Origin: Candidatus Omnitrophota bacterium
GTDB lineage: Bacteria; Omnitrophota; Gorgyraeia; Zapsychrales; Zapsychraceae
Assembly: GCA_015233115.1 (NCBI GenBank)
Contig: JADFYJ010000002.1
Location: forward strand, 111,216 to 175,215
Length of the DNA stretch: 64,000 nt
Reading direction: 5' to 3'
In this document: positions 1 through 9,099 of the stretch, piece after piece
How positions within the stretch are numbered: the first letter of the stretch is position 1
How the letters are laid out: every line of letters starts with the position of its first letter
Translations under genes and position numbers: made by a program
Notes under the pieces: generated by a model
The model's database searches: none
Told to the model about the DNA's origin: nothing
Seen by the model: only the letters and a program-made list of their open reading frames with translations

Positions 1-144
1 ACCGCACTGACCCAGCATAGTCACGTGAGCAATACTTCCCATGACATCATACAAAGCCAGCTTATAATCATAAGCAATGCTGAAGCTGAACTTATCCGCT
101 AAAGCGTCAGTCCCTTTTGCAAAACGGCTACCCCAAAATTTCAT
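1..144 (-). CDS. argH: argininosuccinate lyase, N-terminal part (runs off the window)
   Basis: Manual translation MKFWGSRFAKGTDALADKFSFSIAYDYKLALYDVMGSIAHVTMLGQCG; AGGAG RBS at 151-155; follows argG. Confidence 0.92.
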   Translation of the reverse strand, partial: MKFWGSRFAKGTDALADKFSFSIAYDYKLALYDVMGSIAHVTMLGQCG

Positions 145-162
145 CACAATCTCCTTTATTCA

Positions 163-363
163 AGTATGTAGTTCGTAGTATGTGGTATGTAGAAAATACA
201 AAAAAACAAAACATCAAAAACAAAAAATACTCCAAACTATATTTTTTTATTTAAAAAAATTAAAAATTTATCTACGTTTTCACCAAATCGCTTTTCCACC
301 ATTCGTTTTTCACTACATACTACATACCACATGCCACATACTACATGCCACATACTACATACG
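163..363. repeat. class A heptamer-arm palindromic intergenic element
   Basis: Left arm (AGTATGT)n variants at 163-192, right arm (ACATACT/ACATGCC)n at 311-363, AT-rich spacer containing AATCGCTTTT. Confidence 0.9.
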
Positions 364-364
364 T

Positions 365-1537
365 TTATCTTTTCATATACGGAATGGTCCACAATTTGAT
401 AAACCCGTCGGCTAAGGATTGATCGAATACATCGCCTTTGCCATACGTGGCCATTTTTTGATTATAGCGGGAAAATTTCGATTTCCGGCCGACTACTGTG
501 CAGGTGCCTTTGAATAATTTCAGACGCACCACGCCCGTTGTTGTCTCATGATATTTTTTGAAATACGCGTCGAGCTGACTTTTTAACGGCGTTAACCACA
601 ACCCGTAATAAATAATCTCGGCATATTTTTGTGAGAATATTTCTTTAAAATGCAAACTTTCCCGGTCAAGCACTAAACTTTCTAAATCGCGAATGGCCAT
701 ATGCAAAATGGTTCCAGCCGGATTTTCATAAGTCTCTCTGGACTTAATCCCCACTAACCGGTTTTCGATCATGTCCATGCGCCCGACACCATTATCCCCG
801 CCCATTTGATTTAACACCTGGATCAGTTCAACTGGAGCATAAGATTTTCCGTTAATTTTTTTGGGCGTCCCTTGCTCAAACTCGATTTCCACATACGTAG
901 GTTTACTCGGCGTTTTATTAGGACTCTTGGTCATCGCGTAAATATCTTCCGGCGGCTCTTGCCAAGGATCTTCTAAAATACCGCATTCAATTGCTCGTCC
1001 ATAAACATTGGTATCAATGCTGTAGGGCTTTTTCTTAGTGACCGCAATTTTTATGCCCTTAGACGCCAAATAATCCATCTCTTCTTCACGGGTTTTAAAT
1101 TCCCAACCACGAACCGGAGCGATCACTTCCAACGAAGGATCCATCAATCGATACGTGACTTCAAAACGGACTTGGTCATTTCCTTTACCTGTACAGCCAT
1201 GAACCAGGCCGACCGCTTTTTCTTTTTGCGCGATCAACACCTGATGTTTAGCAATAACCGGACGAGACAAAGCACAAGCTAATACATACTTCCCTTCATA
1301 AAGCGCTCCCGCTTTAAGCGCAGGAAATACATAATCTTCAATAAATTCTTTTTGCAAATTCAGACAATAAGCCTTGGACGCCCCGGATTTAACCGCGCGC
1401 TCTTTTATCGCCTCAAAATTTTCACCTTGTCCGACGTCACCGATACACGCTATAACATCATAATCCCGTTCTTTTAACCATGGAATGATACAGGACGTAT
1501 CTAATCCGCCCGAATAGGCTAATACTACTTTTTTCAT
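365..1537 (-). CDS. argG: argininosuccinate synthase
   Basis: AYSGGLDTS, HGCTGKGNDQVRFE and ENRLVGIKSRE motifs; start moved to MKKVVL (GAGG RBS). Confidence 0.97.
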   Translation of the reverse strand: MKKVVLAYSGGLDTSCIIPWLKERDYDVIACIGDVGQGENFEAIKERAVKSGASKAYCLNLQKEFIEDYVFPALKAGALYEGKYVLACALSRPVIAKHQVLIAQKEKAVGLVHGCTGKGNDQVRFEVTYRLMDPSLEVIAPVRGWEFKTREEEMDYLASKGIKIAVTKKKPYSIDTNVYGRAIECGILEDPWQEPPEDIYAMTKSPNKTPSKPTYVEIEFEQGTPKKINGKSYAPVELIQVLNQMGGDNGVGRMDMIENRLVGIKSRETYENPAGTILHMAIRDLESLVLDRESLHFKEIFSQKYAEIIYYGLWLTPLKSQLDAYFKKYHETTTGVVRLKLFKGTCTVVGRKSKFSRYNQKMATYGKGDVFDQSLADGFIKLWTIPYMKR

Positions 1538-1565
1538 AAATGCCTCACCTTTCGATTGTTTTAAT

Positions 1566-1865
1566 AGTAACAAAGTAACCGAGTAACAGAGTGACAAAGA
1601 AAAGCATAAAAACGATTAGTAAAAATACATCAAAAAAAACAACCAAAAAATTTAAAAAAAACAATCGTTAATAAAAATCAATTTTTAAATCCAGTGCGCT
1701 CTGCCGACTTTTTTATCAAAACTGTTAATTGTTTCCCTATTTTCTCTTCTGCTTTTTTCGCTTCATTCGCTTCTGCTCTGTCACTCTGCTACTTTATAAC
1801 TTTTTTAACTTTTTCGCACCAATCGCTTTTGCTCTGTCACTCTGTTACTCGGTCACTCGGTTACT
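1566..1865. repeat. class C octamer-arm palindromic intergenic element
   Basis: Left arm AGTAACAA/AGTAACCG/AGTAACAG/AGTGACAA; inverted arms CTGTCACT/CTGTTACT/CGGTCACT at ~1771-1793 and ~1832-1865; inner AAAAACGATT and AATCGCTTTT. Confidence 0.85.
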
Positions 1866-1868
1866 TCT

Positions 1869-2786
1869 TTAGTTGCCTGCCAAAAAAATCATAACCGCTT
1901 TTTGCGTATGCAAACGATTTTCTGCCTGGTCAAAGACAATAGAGTGCGGACCATCTATGATCTCGCCGGTCACTTCTTGTCCTCGATGCGCGGGCAAACA
2001 ATGCATAAAAATATAATTTTCTTTCGCGTGCTTGACCAAATCTTTATTGATCTGAAAATTTTGAAAATCCCGTATTCTCTGCTGAGTTTCCACTTCCTGC
2101 CCCATGCTCACCCAAACATCAGAATAAATGACGTCCACATCTTTGACGCCTTCAATCGGCGAATGAGTAATGACAATGTCAGAACCATTTTCTTTAGCGA
2201 CTGCTTTAGCCGCCATAATCACATTAACATTGGGCTCATACCCGGCCGGCGTCGCAATTTTAATATCAACGCCGATCTTGGCACAACACATTAACAAAGA
2301 ATGGCAGACATTATTACCGTCACCAATATAACTGACTGTGACATCGGTCAGTTTAGGAAATTTTTCCATCACAGAAAACAAATCCGTCAAGGCCTGGCAC
2401 GGATGATACATATCGCACAAACCATTAATAACCGGTATCGACGCGTATTTAGCCAAAGCCAACACATCTTTATTATAATTAACCCGGGCCACAATCGCGT
2501 CAAAATACCGCGATAAAGTCCGTGCCACATCCTCGGTCGTTTCCCGCACGCCTAAGTTAATTTCAGATGGGCTCAGATAAACGCATTCCCCGCCGAGCTG
2601 TTTAATCCCCACTTCAAATGAAACCCGGGTTCGGTTAGAAGGTTTCTGAAAAACCAGACCTACAGACTTATGTTTTAATGCTTCAGGCATTAAAAACCGG
2701 TCTTTCTTTAACCGTGCCGTTAAAGCCAGAATCTGTAATATTTCTTCCTTGGTGAGATCTTTAACGTCGATTAAGTCACGTTTCAT
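1869..2786 (-). CDS. argF: ornithine carbamoyltransferase
   Basis: SNRTR, HPCQ and HCLP motifs; position in arg operon. Confidence 0.96.
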   Translation of the reverse strand: MKRDLIDVKDLTKEEILQILALTARLKKDRFLMPEALKHKSVGLVFQKPSNRTRVSFEVGIKQLGGECVYLSPSEINLGVRETTEDVARTLSRYFDAIVARVNYNKDVLALAKYASIPVINGLCDMYHPCQALTDLFSVMEKFPKLTDVTVSYIGDGNNVCHSLLMCCAKIGVDIKIATPAGYEPNVNVIMAAKAVAKENGSDIVITHSPIEGVKDVDVIYSDVWVSMGQEVETQQRIRDFQNFQINKDLVKHAKENYIFMHCLPAHRGQEVTGEIIDGPHSIVFDQAENRLHTQKAVMIFLAGN

Positions 2787-2802
2787 TGGTATATCCTTTT
2801 TA

Positions 2803-2994
2803 AGTATGTAGTATGTAGTAAAAAAATCTTGTTTTAAAATATTTGATATTTAAAACGTATATAAATGCTGCACCACTCGCGGAGCTCCTGTACTATGCGG
2901 ACATTTCGTCCTTGGTCGTAGGGGCGATCGCCCCTACGCCAACGTCCCATATTCTTTTTTTACCACATACCACATACTACATACCACATGCCAT
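2803..2994. repeat. class A heptamer-arm element containing a GTAG palindrome
   Basis: AGTATGTAGTATGTAGTA ... TACCACATACCACATACTACATACCACAT; the right arm overlaps the argD stop. Confidence 0.85.
2917..2938. repeat. GTAG-type REP palindrome
   Basis: Perfect 22-bp palindrome CGTAGGGGCGATCGCCCCTACG. Confidence 0.85.
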
Positions 2995-4164
2995 TTTTAA
3001 TACTTTATCCAATATATAAAGCGCCTTCTTCGCCTGTCTTTCCGTCACATTTAACGCCGGCATGATCCGGAGCACTTTTCCCTGCGTGCAATTGATGATC
3101 AAGCCCTGATCCAGACATGCTTTAACAATTGGCGCGCCTTCGATGTTTAATTCCATTCCCAGCATCAGACCCAGGCCCCGAACGTCGACGATACAGTTAT
3201 ATTTCTTTTTTAATTCATTTAAACCATTCAATAAAAATTTGCTCATCACCTTCGCGTTTTTCAGCATCTTACCAGTATGGATGGCTTTAAATGCGCCTAA
3301 AGCCGCCTTACAAACTAATGGACTGCCGCCAAACGTTGAGGCATGCATGCCGGGTTTAAACACGTCGGAATATTTTTCTTTTACCACCAAGGCGCCAATG
3401 GGCAATCCGCCGCCTAAAGCTTTGGCCAAAATCATCAAATCCGGTTCCACGCCATAATTCTCATAAGCAAACATCGTTCCGGTTCTGCCCATGCCGGTTT
3501 GAACCTCATCAAAAATCAAAAGTATATCTTTCTGATCACAAATTTTCCGGAGTTCCTTAACATATTCTTTAGTCGCAATGTTAATACCGCCCTCACCCTG
3601 CACTAATTCCAAATTAATCGCTATCGTTTTAGAAGTTATAGCTTTTTTCAATTGCTCAATATCATTAAAGTCAACCGACACGAAGCCCAAAGGCAAAGGA
3701 TGAAAACCGTTCTGATATTTATTTTGCGCGGTCGCGGCCAAAGCGCCCATGGTCCGCCCATGAAAAGACTGATTCATGGTAATAATTTCATGCCGCTCCC
3801 CTTTTCCATAAGCCCGGGTAAATTTGATCGCCGCCTCATTCCCTTCAGCCCCGCTATTGCAAAAAAATACTTTGCCCGGAAATGAACACCGGATAATTTC
3901 CTGCGCCAATTTCGCCTGATAAGGATGATAAAAATTATTAGGAACAAAAATTAATTTACCAATTTGATCGCGCACGCCCGAAACCACTTTAGGATTGCAA
4001 TGCCCGACATTATTCACGCCCCACCCCGGGAAGAAATCCAAATATTTTTTCCCATGAATGTCAATGAGCTCCATCCCCTTCCCCTTAACAAACACCACCG
4101 GCGTCCGGGTATAAGTATTCAAAATATATTTATCGTAAGCTTGAATTGTTTTGTCAGTAGTCAT
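2977..4164 (-). CDS. argD: acetylornithine aminotransferase
   Basis: NSGAEGNE, FHGRT and DEVQTGMGRTG motifs; arg operon. Confidence 0.96.
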   Translation of the reverse strand: MTTDKTIQAYDKYILNTYTRTPVVFVKGKGMELIDIHGKKYLDFFPGWGVNNVGHCNPKVVSGVRDQIGKLIFVPNNFYHPYQAKLAQEIIRCSFPGKVFFCNSGAEGNEAAIKFTRAYGKGERHEIITMNQSFHGRTMGALAATAQNKYQNGFHPLPLGFVSVDFNDIEQLKKAITSKTIAINLELVQGEGGINIATKEYVKELRKICDQKDILLIFDEVQTGMGRTGTMFAYENYGVEPDLMILAKALGGGLPIGALVVKEKYSDVFKPGMHASTFGGSPLVCKAALGAFKAIHTGKMLKNAKVMSKFLLNGLNELKKKYNCIVDVRGLGLMLGMELNIEGAPIVKACLDQGLIINCTQGKVLRIMPALNVTERQAKKALYILDKVLKMACGM

Positions 4165-4183
4165 ATTTTGTCCAATCTTTAAA

Positions 4184-4322
4184 AGTATGTAGTATGTCGT
4201 ATGTGGTATGTAGCAAAAAACAAAAAAATTAATATTTTAATTAACCGTTTTTGATTCTTTTGATTTTCTGAAAACCAACCGCTTTTTTTCACCACATACT
4301 ACATGCCACATACTACATACTG
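4184..4322. repeat. class A heptamer-arm element
   Basis: AGTATGTAGTATGTCGTATGTGGTATGTAG ... ACCGCTTTTTTT CACCACATACTACATGCCACATACTACATACT; overlaps the argB stop. Confidence 0.9.
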
Positions 4323-5173
4323 TCTCTCAAAATTTGCGTCCCAATCCCTTGATTCGTAAAAAATTCCAATAATAAAGCGTGCTCTACTTGAGCGTCGACA
4401 ATGTGAACTTTTTTAACTCCCGCGTTCAATGCTTCGATACACGAATTCACTTTCGGGATCATGCCGCCCTTAATGACATTCGTATTAATCAAATTTTGAA
4501 CTTCTTCCAAAGTCAAAGTCGGGATCAAAGAATCCGGGTCATTCATGTCGCGCATAACGCCGGACACATCCGTCAATAAAACCAGTTTTTCCGCGTTCAT
4601 CGCCTTGGATATGGCGCTCGCCACTTCATCCGCGTTCACATTATAGGCTTGTTGGCTATCACCAACACCTAACGGCGATATGACCGTAATATGCCCGCGT
4701 TTTAAATGCGTGTTAAGCACGTCTTTATTAATATTGGTCACAGTACCAACAAAACCTAAATCTTTCGCAGATTGCCGCTTGATCACATGAACCAGATCTT
4801 CATTGCCGATTATGCCAGTGACATCACCTTTAAGTTCTTTAATTTCTTTAACAATACGTTCATTGAGCTTAATCAATTCTTCCGTTACGATTTTTAAGGT
4901 CGGCTCATCGGTCACCCGGATACCATCCTGAAACACCGGCTGGACGCCAATCTCTTTCAAACGACTGCTAATATGCGGCCCGCCTCCGTGCACTAAAATC
5001 GTTTTAATACCCACATAACTTAAAAACACAATATCTTCTAAAACATTTTTCCGGATCACTGGATCTTCGAGAATGCTGCCCCCATATTTAATCACAAACA
5101 CTTTATGCCGAAACGCATGGATATACGGAATCGCTTCGACCAGCACTCCGGCTTTTTTAATTATATTCTGCAT
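4313..5173 (-). CDS. argB: acetylglutamate kinase
   Basis: VIKYGGS, VHGGGP, NVNAD and GGMIPK motifs. Confidence 0.97.
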   Translation of the reverse strand: MQNIIKKAGVLVEAIPYIHAFRHKVFVIKYGGSILEDPVIRKNVLEDIVFLSYVGIKTILVHGGGPHISSRLKEIGVQPVFQDGIRVTDEPTLKIVTEELIKLNERIVKEIKELKGDVTGIIGNEDLVHVIKRQSAKDLGFVGTVTNINKDVLNTHLKRGHITVISPLGVGDSQQAYNVNADEVASAISKAMNAEKLVLLTDVSGVMRDMNDPDSLIPTLTLEEVQNLINTNVIKGGMIPKVNSCIEALNAGVKKVHIVDAQVEHALLLEFFTNQGIGTQILRDSM

Positions 5174-6299
5174 TGATCCTCACATATTCATTGGATAAAT
5201 CCGACGTATAAACGGTCGCGTTATGTTTACCCTGGTTGAACTTAACGGTAATAGAAATCTCCTTTTTATCAAAAGGACTAAATTCAATTTCCATGTGCTT
5301 TTCATTCACATAAGGAATACCCAGCGATCCCACAGCCTGTGCCACCCGTCCCCAATTTGGATTACAGCCAAACGCGGCAGTTTTGACTAAGTTCGAATTG
5401 GCGACTGCCATGGCCATATCATGCGCGTGCTTTTGGGTTTTCGCCCAGACCACATTCACAGTAATAAATTTCGTCGCGCCTTCACCATCCATTACAACTT
5501 TTTTAGCCAAATCCAGACACACAAAATTCAAAGCTTCCTGAAACACTTCAAAATCTTTGCCTTTAGTCGTGATCACTTTATTTCCAGCCTTGCCATTGGC
5601 AAATATTGTCACCATGTCATTGGTGCTCATACATCCGTCAACAGTGATCCGGTTAAATGATAATTCCACGGCATAAGCGAGTGCTTCTTTTAAAAGTTTA
5701 GGACTTATAGCAACGTCTGTATTCACAAAACCCAGCATAGTTGCCATATTAGGCGCGATCATGCCTGAACCTTTAGCGCACCCGCCGATCACGACCTTCT
5801 TGCCGGCCACAGTGATTTCAACTGTTTTTTCTTTAACAATCAAATCCGTGGTTAAAATGGCTTTTTCGAAATTACTTGAGCCGGTCTTGGAAAGACTGTT
5901 CACCAGCTCTTCAGCCGCTTTCTCAATCTTTTCATACGGCAAGGTCTTACCAATAATTCCCGTTGACGTGACCAACACATCAGTAGTCAGTATTCCCAAT
6001 TTTTTCGCGATCACTTCAGTCGTCAAATACGCGTGCAGGAGGCCTAGCTCACCGGTATAACAATTCGCGTTACCACTGTTAACGATCATCGCCTGGGCTT
6101 TGCCATTTTTTAAATGCTTTTTGGAAATCACGAGCGGCGCGGCTACAACTGAATTTTTCGTAAATACACCGGCTGCCACGCAAGGCACTTCGGAAAAAAT
6201 CAAGCCTAAGTCAAACTTGCCGGATTTCCGTATGCCGCAACACAAACCGCTGGCTTTGAATCCCTGAGGTTTAGTAATGCCGCCGTTAATAATTTTCAT
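5157..6299 (-). CDS. argJ: ornithine acetyltransferase / N-acetylglutamate synthase ArgJ
   Basis: KGSGMIAPNMATML, STND and DGEGATK motifs; start moved to MKIING because the ORF-track extension is translated repeat. Confidence 0.95.
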   Translation of the reverse strand: MKIINGGITKPQGFKASGLCCGIRKSGKFDLGLIFSEVPCVAAGVFTKNSVVAAPLVISKKHLKNGKAQAMIVNSGNANCYTGELGLLHAYLTTEVIAKKLGILTTDVLVTSTGIIGKTLPYEKIEKAAEELVNSLSKTGSSNFEKAILTTDLIVKEKTVEITVAGKKVVIGGCAKGSGMIAPNMATMLGFVNTDVAISPKLLKEALAYAVELSFNRITVDGCMSTNDMVTIFANGKAGNKVITTKGKDFEVFQEALNFVCLDLAKKVVMDGEGATKFITVNVVWAKTQKHAHDMAMAVANSNLVKTAAFGCNPNWGRVAQAVGSLGIPYVNEKHMEIEFSPFDKKEISITVKFNQGKHNATVYTSDLSNEYVRINAEYN

Positions 6300-6316
6300 A
6301 ATTGACCATTCGTACA

Positions 6317-6434
6317 GTTTTTGGTTTTTGGTTTTTGGTTTTTGGTTTTTGGTTTTTGGTTTTTGGTTTGTGGTTATCAGAATTCTTTGCTTTTTCCAAC
6401 AACCAACAACCATCAACCACCAACCACCAACCAT
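6317..6434. repeat. class B heptamer-arm element
   Basis: (GTTTTTG)x7 arm, ~22-bp core, (CAACCA[AC/T])n arm. Confidence 0.92.
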
Positions 6435-6436
6435 TA

Positions 6437-7459
6437 TTATAAAATTCCTATCGTTTCATTAAAACCGCAAATGATATTCATATTCTGCACAGCTTGACTG
6501 GCAGCGCCTTTATACAAATTATCAATCACGCTGGTGATTACCAGTAATTTCCCGTTTGCACTTTGGGCCATGCCAATATCACAAAAATTCGTATTAACCA
6601 CGTTCTTTAATTCCGGTTGAGTTCCTAATTCAAGAACCCGCACAAACGTATCTGAATGGTAAAATCTTTTATAAATCTTATGCAACTCGCTTAATGATAT
6701 TTTTTCTTTTAAATGCACATAAATCGTCTCGAGAATTCCCTGGTTGATCGGCAATAAATGCGCGACAAAGTTAAAATCAAATTCACTTCCTGCTGATATT
6801 TTCTTTAAATAGGTCTCAATTTCAGGCGAATGCTGATGCTGCAAAACTTTATAGGCTTTGAAGCTTTCATTCACTTCACAAAAAGTCAGATCAATCGATG
6901 CCTTTTTGCCAGCGCCGGATACGCCGGACTTCGCGTCAATGACAATTTGCTCAATGAGCGGAGTGTAGATCGATACCACCGGAGCCAAACCCAGCAATGC
7001 CGCTGTTGGATAGCATCCCGGATTAGCAATAAATGACGCTTTCTTAATCTTCACCCGGAACAATTCCGGCAGTCCATAAATCGCATACTTTAAATTCAGC
7101 GGATCAATATGGTCAGTGCCGTACCATTGTTTATAAAGCCGGGTATTCTTCAAACGATAATCTCCGCTCAAATCGATGACTTTTAAACCCTTCTTTAAAA
7201 GTAAGGGCGCAATTTCCATCGAAATTTTATGGGGAACGGCCAGAAAAACCAAATCGCATTTTTGAGCTGCTTCAGCCGCGTCAAACTTAACACACTCCAG
7301 CTTGGTCTGGCCAAACAATTGCGGCCATATCTCTCCCACTTTACCCGTCGTCGTATTCGCGCTAACGTAAGTTAACCGCACGTCAGGATGCTTCAAAAGC
7401 AATTTTAAAGCGATCAGACCCGAATATCCGCTAACGCCTACTATTCCAACTCTTGTCAT
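6437..7459 (-). CDS. argC: N-acetyl-gamma-glutamyl-phosphate reductase
   Basis: GVSGYSG, DLSGDYRL, ANPGCYPT and DNLYKGAA motifs; start moved to MTRVGI. Confidence 0.96.
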   Translation of the reverse strand: MTRVGIVGVSGYSGLIALKLLLKHPDVRLTYVSANTTTGKVGEIWPQLFGQTKLECVKFDAAEAAQKCDLVFLAVPHKISMEIAPLLLKKGLKVIDLSGDYRLKNTRLYKQWYGTDHIDPLNLKYAIYGLPELFRVKIKKASFIANPGCYPTAALLGLAPVVSIYTPLIEQIVIDAKSGVSGAGKKASIDLTFCEVNESFKAYKVLQHQHSPEIETYLKKISAGSEFDFNFVAHLLPINQGILETIYVHLKEKISLSELHKIYKRFYHSDTFVRVLELGTQPELKNVVNTNFCDIGMAQSANGKLLVITSVIDNLYKGAASQAVQNMNIICGFNETIGIL

Positions 7460-7492
7460 ATTATCCCTTCCGGTCTTGTCATAACATATTTT

Positions 7493-7604
7493 TTGTAGGG
7501 GCGATCTCCTGATCGCCCGTTGAAACAATAAACCTCAATCAATTTTTAAATAAACAAAAGACAATAATTTTGTAAACCGGGCGATCAGGAGATCGCCCCT
7601 ACAA
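7493..7604. repeat. REPIN-like inverted pair of GTAG REPs
   Basis: GTAGGGGCGATCTCCTGATCGCCC (7495-7518) and its exact reverse complement (7579-7602). Confidence 0.9.
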
Positions 7605-7684
7605 CAGACCATGTCATTTTTTCCTATCACCTATTGCCTATCGCTAGGCCATCTCGACGTAAAAACAATCAATTATAATAAAAT

Positions 7685-7726
7685 AAAAAACCTATCTCGT
7701 CAACTGAATTAACAGAAAGAGATAGG
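7685..7726 (-). terminator. possible intrinsic terminator downstream of rpsI
   Basis: CCTATCTC...GAGATAGG stem followed by a T-run on the minus strand; loop is long. Confidence 0.45.
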
Positions 7727-7743
7727 TATATTTAAATCGTTAA

Positions 7744-7912
7744 TGGTTGATGGTTTTTAGTTTTTGGTAAAAAAACGAATAGTTTCTGATACCCAACAAC
7801 CACAAACCAAAGGCCATTTTATATTTTTTTAGTTGATGCTTAATTGTTTTTAGTTTTTGGAAAAAACGAATAATTTCGATAACCAACAACCACAAACCAA
7901 CAACCAAAAACC
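7744..7912. repeat. two tandem class B heptamer-arm elements
   Basis: Copies at 7744-7810 and 7832-7912, each TTTTAGTTTTTGG-AAAAAACGAATA..TT..GATA-CCAACAACCACAAACCAA. Confidence 0.9.
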
Positions 7913-7920
7913 AGCATTTT

Positions 7921-8316
7921 TTAACGCTTAACCCACTGGAATTTCCTGCGGGCCCCTTTCTGTCCGGGTTTTTTACGTTCTTTCATCCTGGGGTCACGCC
8001 TGAGCATATCAGCTTTTTTAAGCGTAGGTCGGGTTTCTAAATCAAATAGAGTCAAGGCGCGGGATAAACCAAGGCGCATAGCGCCAGCTTGTCCAGTGGC
8101 ACCGCCGCCATTCACGCTGACCTCAACATCAAATTTTTCTGCTGTATTCGTCAACTTTAAAGGCTCAGTGATCAAAATTCGATCAGTTTCGCGATTAAAA
8201 TATTCAATGAATTCACGTTTATTAACACGGATAACTCCCTTGCCCGGAGTTAACACTACGCGAGCGATAGAACTTTTTCTGCGGCCTGTTGCGGCATACT
8301 TAACGACTTCGACCAT
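7921..8316 (-). CDS. rpsI: 30S ribosomal protein S9
   Basis: GRRKSSIARV, GGGATGQAGA and RDPRMKERKKPG motifs. Confidence 0.99.
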   Translation of the reverse strand: MVEVVKYAATGRRKSSIARVVLTPGKGVIRVNKREFIEYFNRETDRILITEPLKLTNTAEKFDVEVSVNGGGATGQAGAMRLGLSRALTLFDLETRPTLKKADMLRRDPRMKERKKPGQKGARRKFQWVKR

Positions 8317-8353
8317 ACGAATAATTCCTCTGTTTGTAATATTAAATTTTTAA

Positions 8354-8436
8354 CGGTTGATAGTTGATGGTTTTTAGTTTTTGGAAAAAGCGAATTGTTT
8401 TAATAACCAACAACCAAGATCCAACAACCAACAACC
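8354..8436. repeat. class B heptamer-arm element between rplM and rpsI
   Basis: GGTTGATAGTTGATGGTTTTTAGTTTTTGG-AAAAAGCGAATTGTTTTAATA-ACCAACAACC... Confidence 0.9.
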
Positions 8437-8443
8437 CTATCTT

Positions 8444-8899
8444 TTAAATATCTATTGCTACTGGTTTTTGAGCGATATGCGGGTGCTTATCATCCGCGTA
8501 CACAAAAAGTTTGTCTTGAATCTTGCTTCCTAACGCGCCTTTGGGGATCATGCGGAATATAGCTAATTCCAAAACCTTAGTCGGCTTGTTCTGTAACATA
8601 TCTTTTAACGCCACGCGCTGCTGACCACTGGAATAACCGGAATAACGTAAATAAAATTTATCAGTTAATTTTGCGCCGGTCACTTTAATCTTGCTAGCGT
8701 TGATGATAATCACCATATCCCCTGTATCCACATGCGGGGTATACGTCACCTTATGTTTTCCGCGTAACAATACTGCCGCTTTGGTCGCGACCCGGCCTAA
8801 AACTTTGTCAGCCGCATCGATCACGTAACATTTGCGCTGAACTGTTTCAGCCTTCGCCATATAAGTCTTTTTTGTTGCATTAATCATCTTCTTCACCAC
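8444..8899 (-). CDS. rplM: 50S ribosomal protein L13
   Basis: LGRVAT..A..LRGKHK..YTPHVDTGD motif. Confidence 0.99.
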   Translation of the reverse strand: MVKKMINATKKTYMAKAETVQRKCYVIDAADKVLGRVATKAAVLLRGKHKVTYTPHVDTGDMVIIINASKIKVTGAKLTDKFYLRYSGYSSGQQRVALKDMLQNKPTKVLELAIFRMIPKGALGSKIQDKLFVYADDKHPHIAQKPVAIDI

Positions 8900-9046
8900 T
8901 TATTGTTAGAGTTGACCTAAATTAAATTCCTCGTGTAGTAAAACATGGGGCACAAAGTTGTATCCCAAGTTATAATCATGAGACAACAAATATATCATCT
9001 TGTTTCAAAATGTCAATATGTTTTTTATGTGTGTCCGGTGTCCAAC

Positions 9047-9099
9047 GGCGTCTGATCTCGACTAAGCTTTGGCGCCAGACAATTAATGGTCTAGACACC
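9047..9099. mobile_element. partial copy of the GGYGTC-end MITE-like element
   Basis: GGCGTCTGATCTCGACTAAGCTTTGGCGC closely matches the reverse complement of the right end of the 20068-20160 element; ends AGACACC over the stop of the large gene. Confidence 0.65.

Noticed and set aside
182-415. 77-aa ORF on + (and similar ORFs at 1694, 6277 and 19488)
   Set aside because: They are translations of the tandem-repeat elements, low complexity and without an RBS.
6300-6434. N-terminal extension of ArgJ with a (NQKPKTK)n repeat
   Set aside because: It is read-through of the class B element; ArgJ homology starts at MKIING (6299).
7622-7648. CCTATNN heptamer run (also at ~13860) as a fourth arm class
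   Set aside because: Only 2-3 degenerate units and no partner arm or core, too weak to call.
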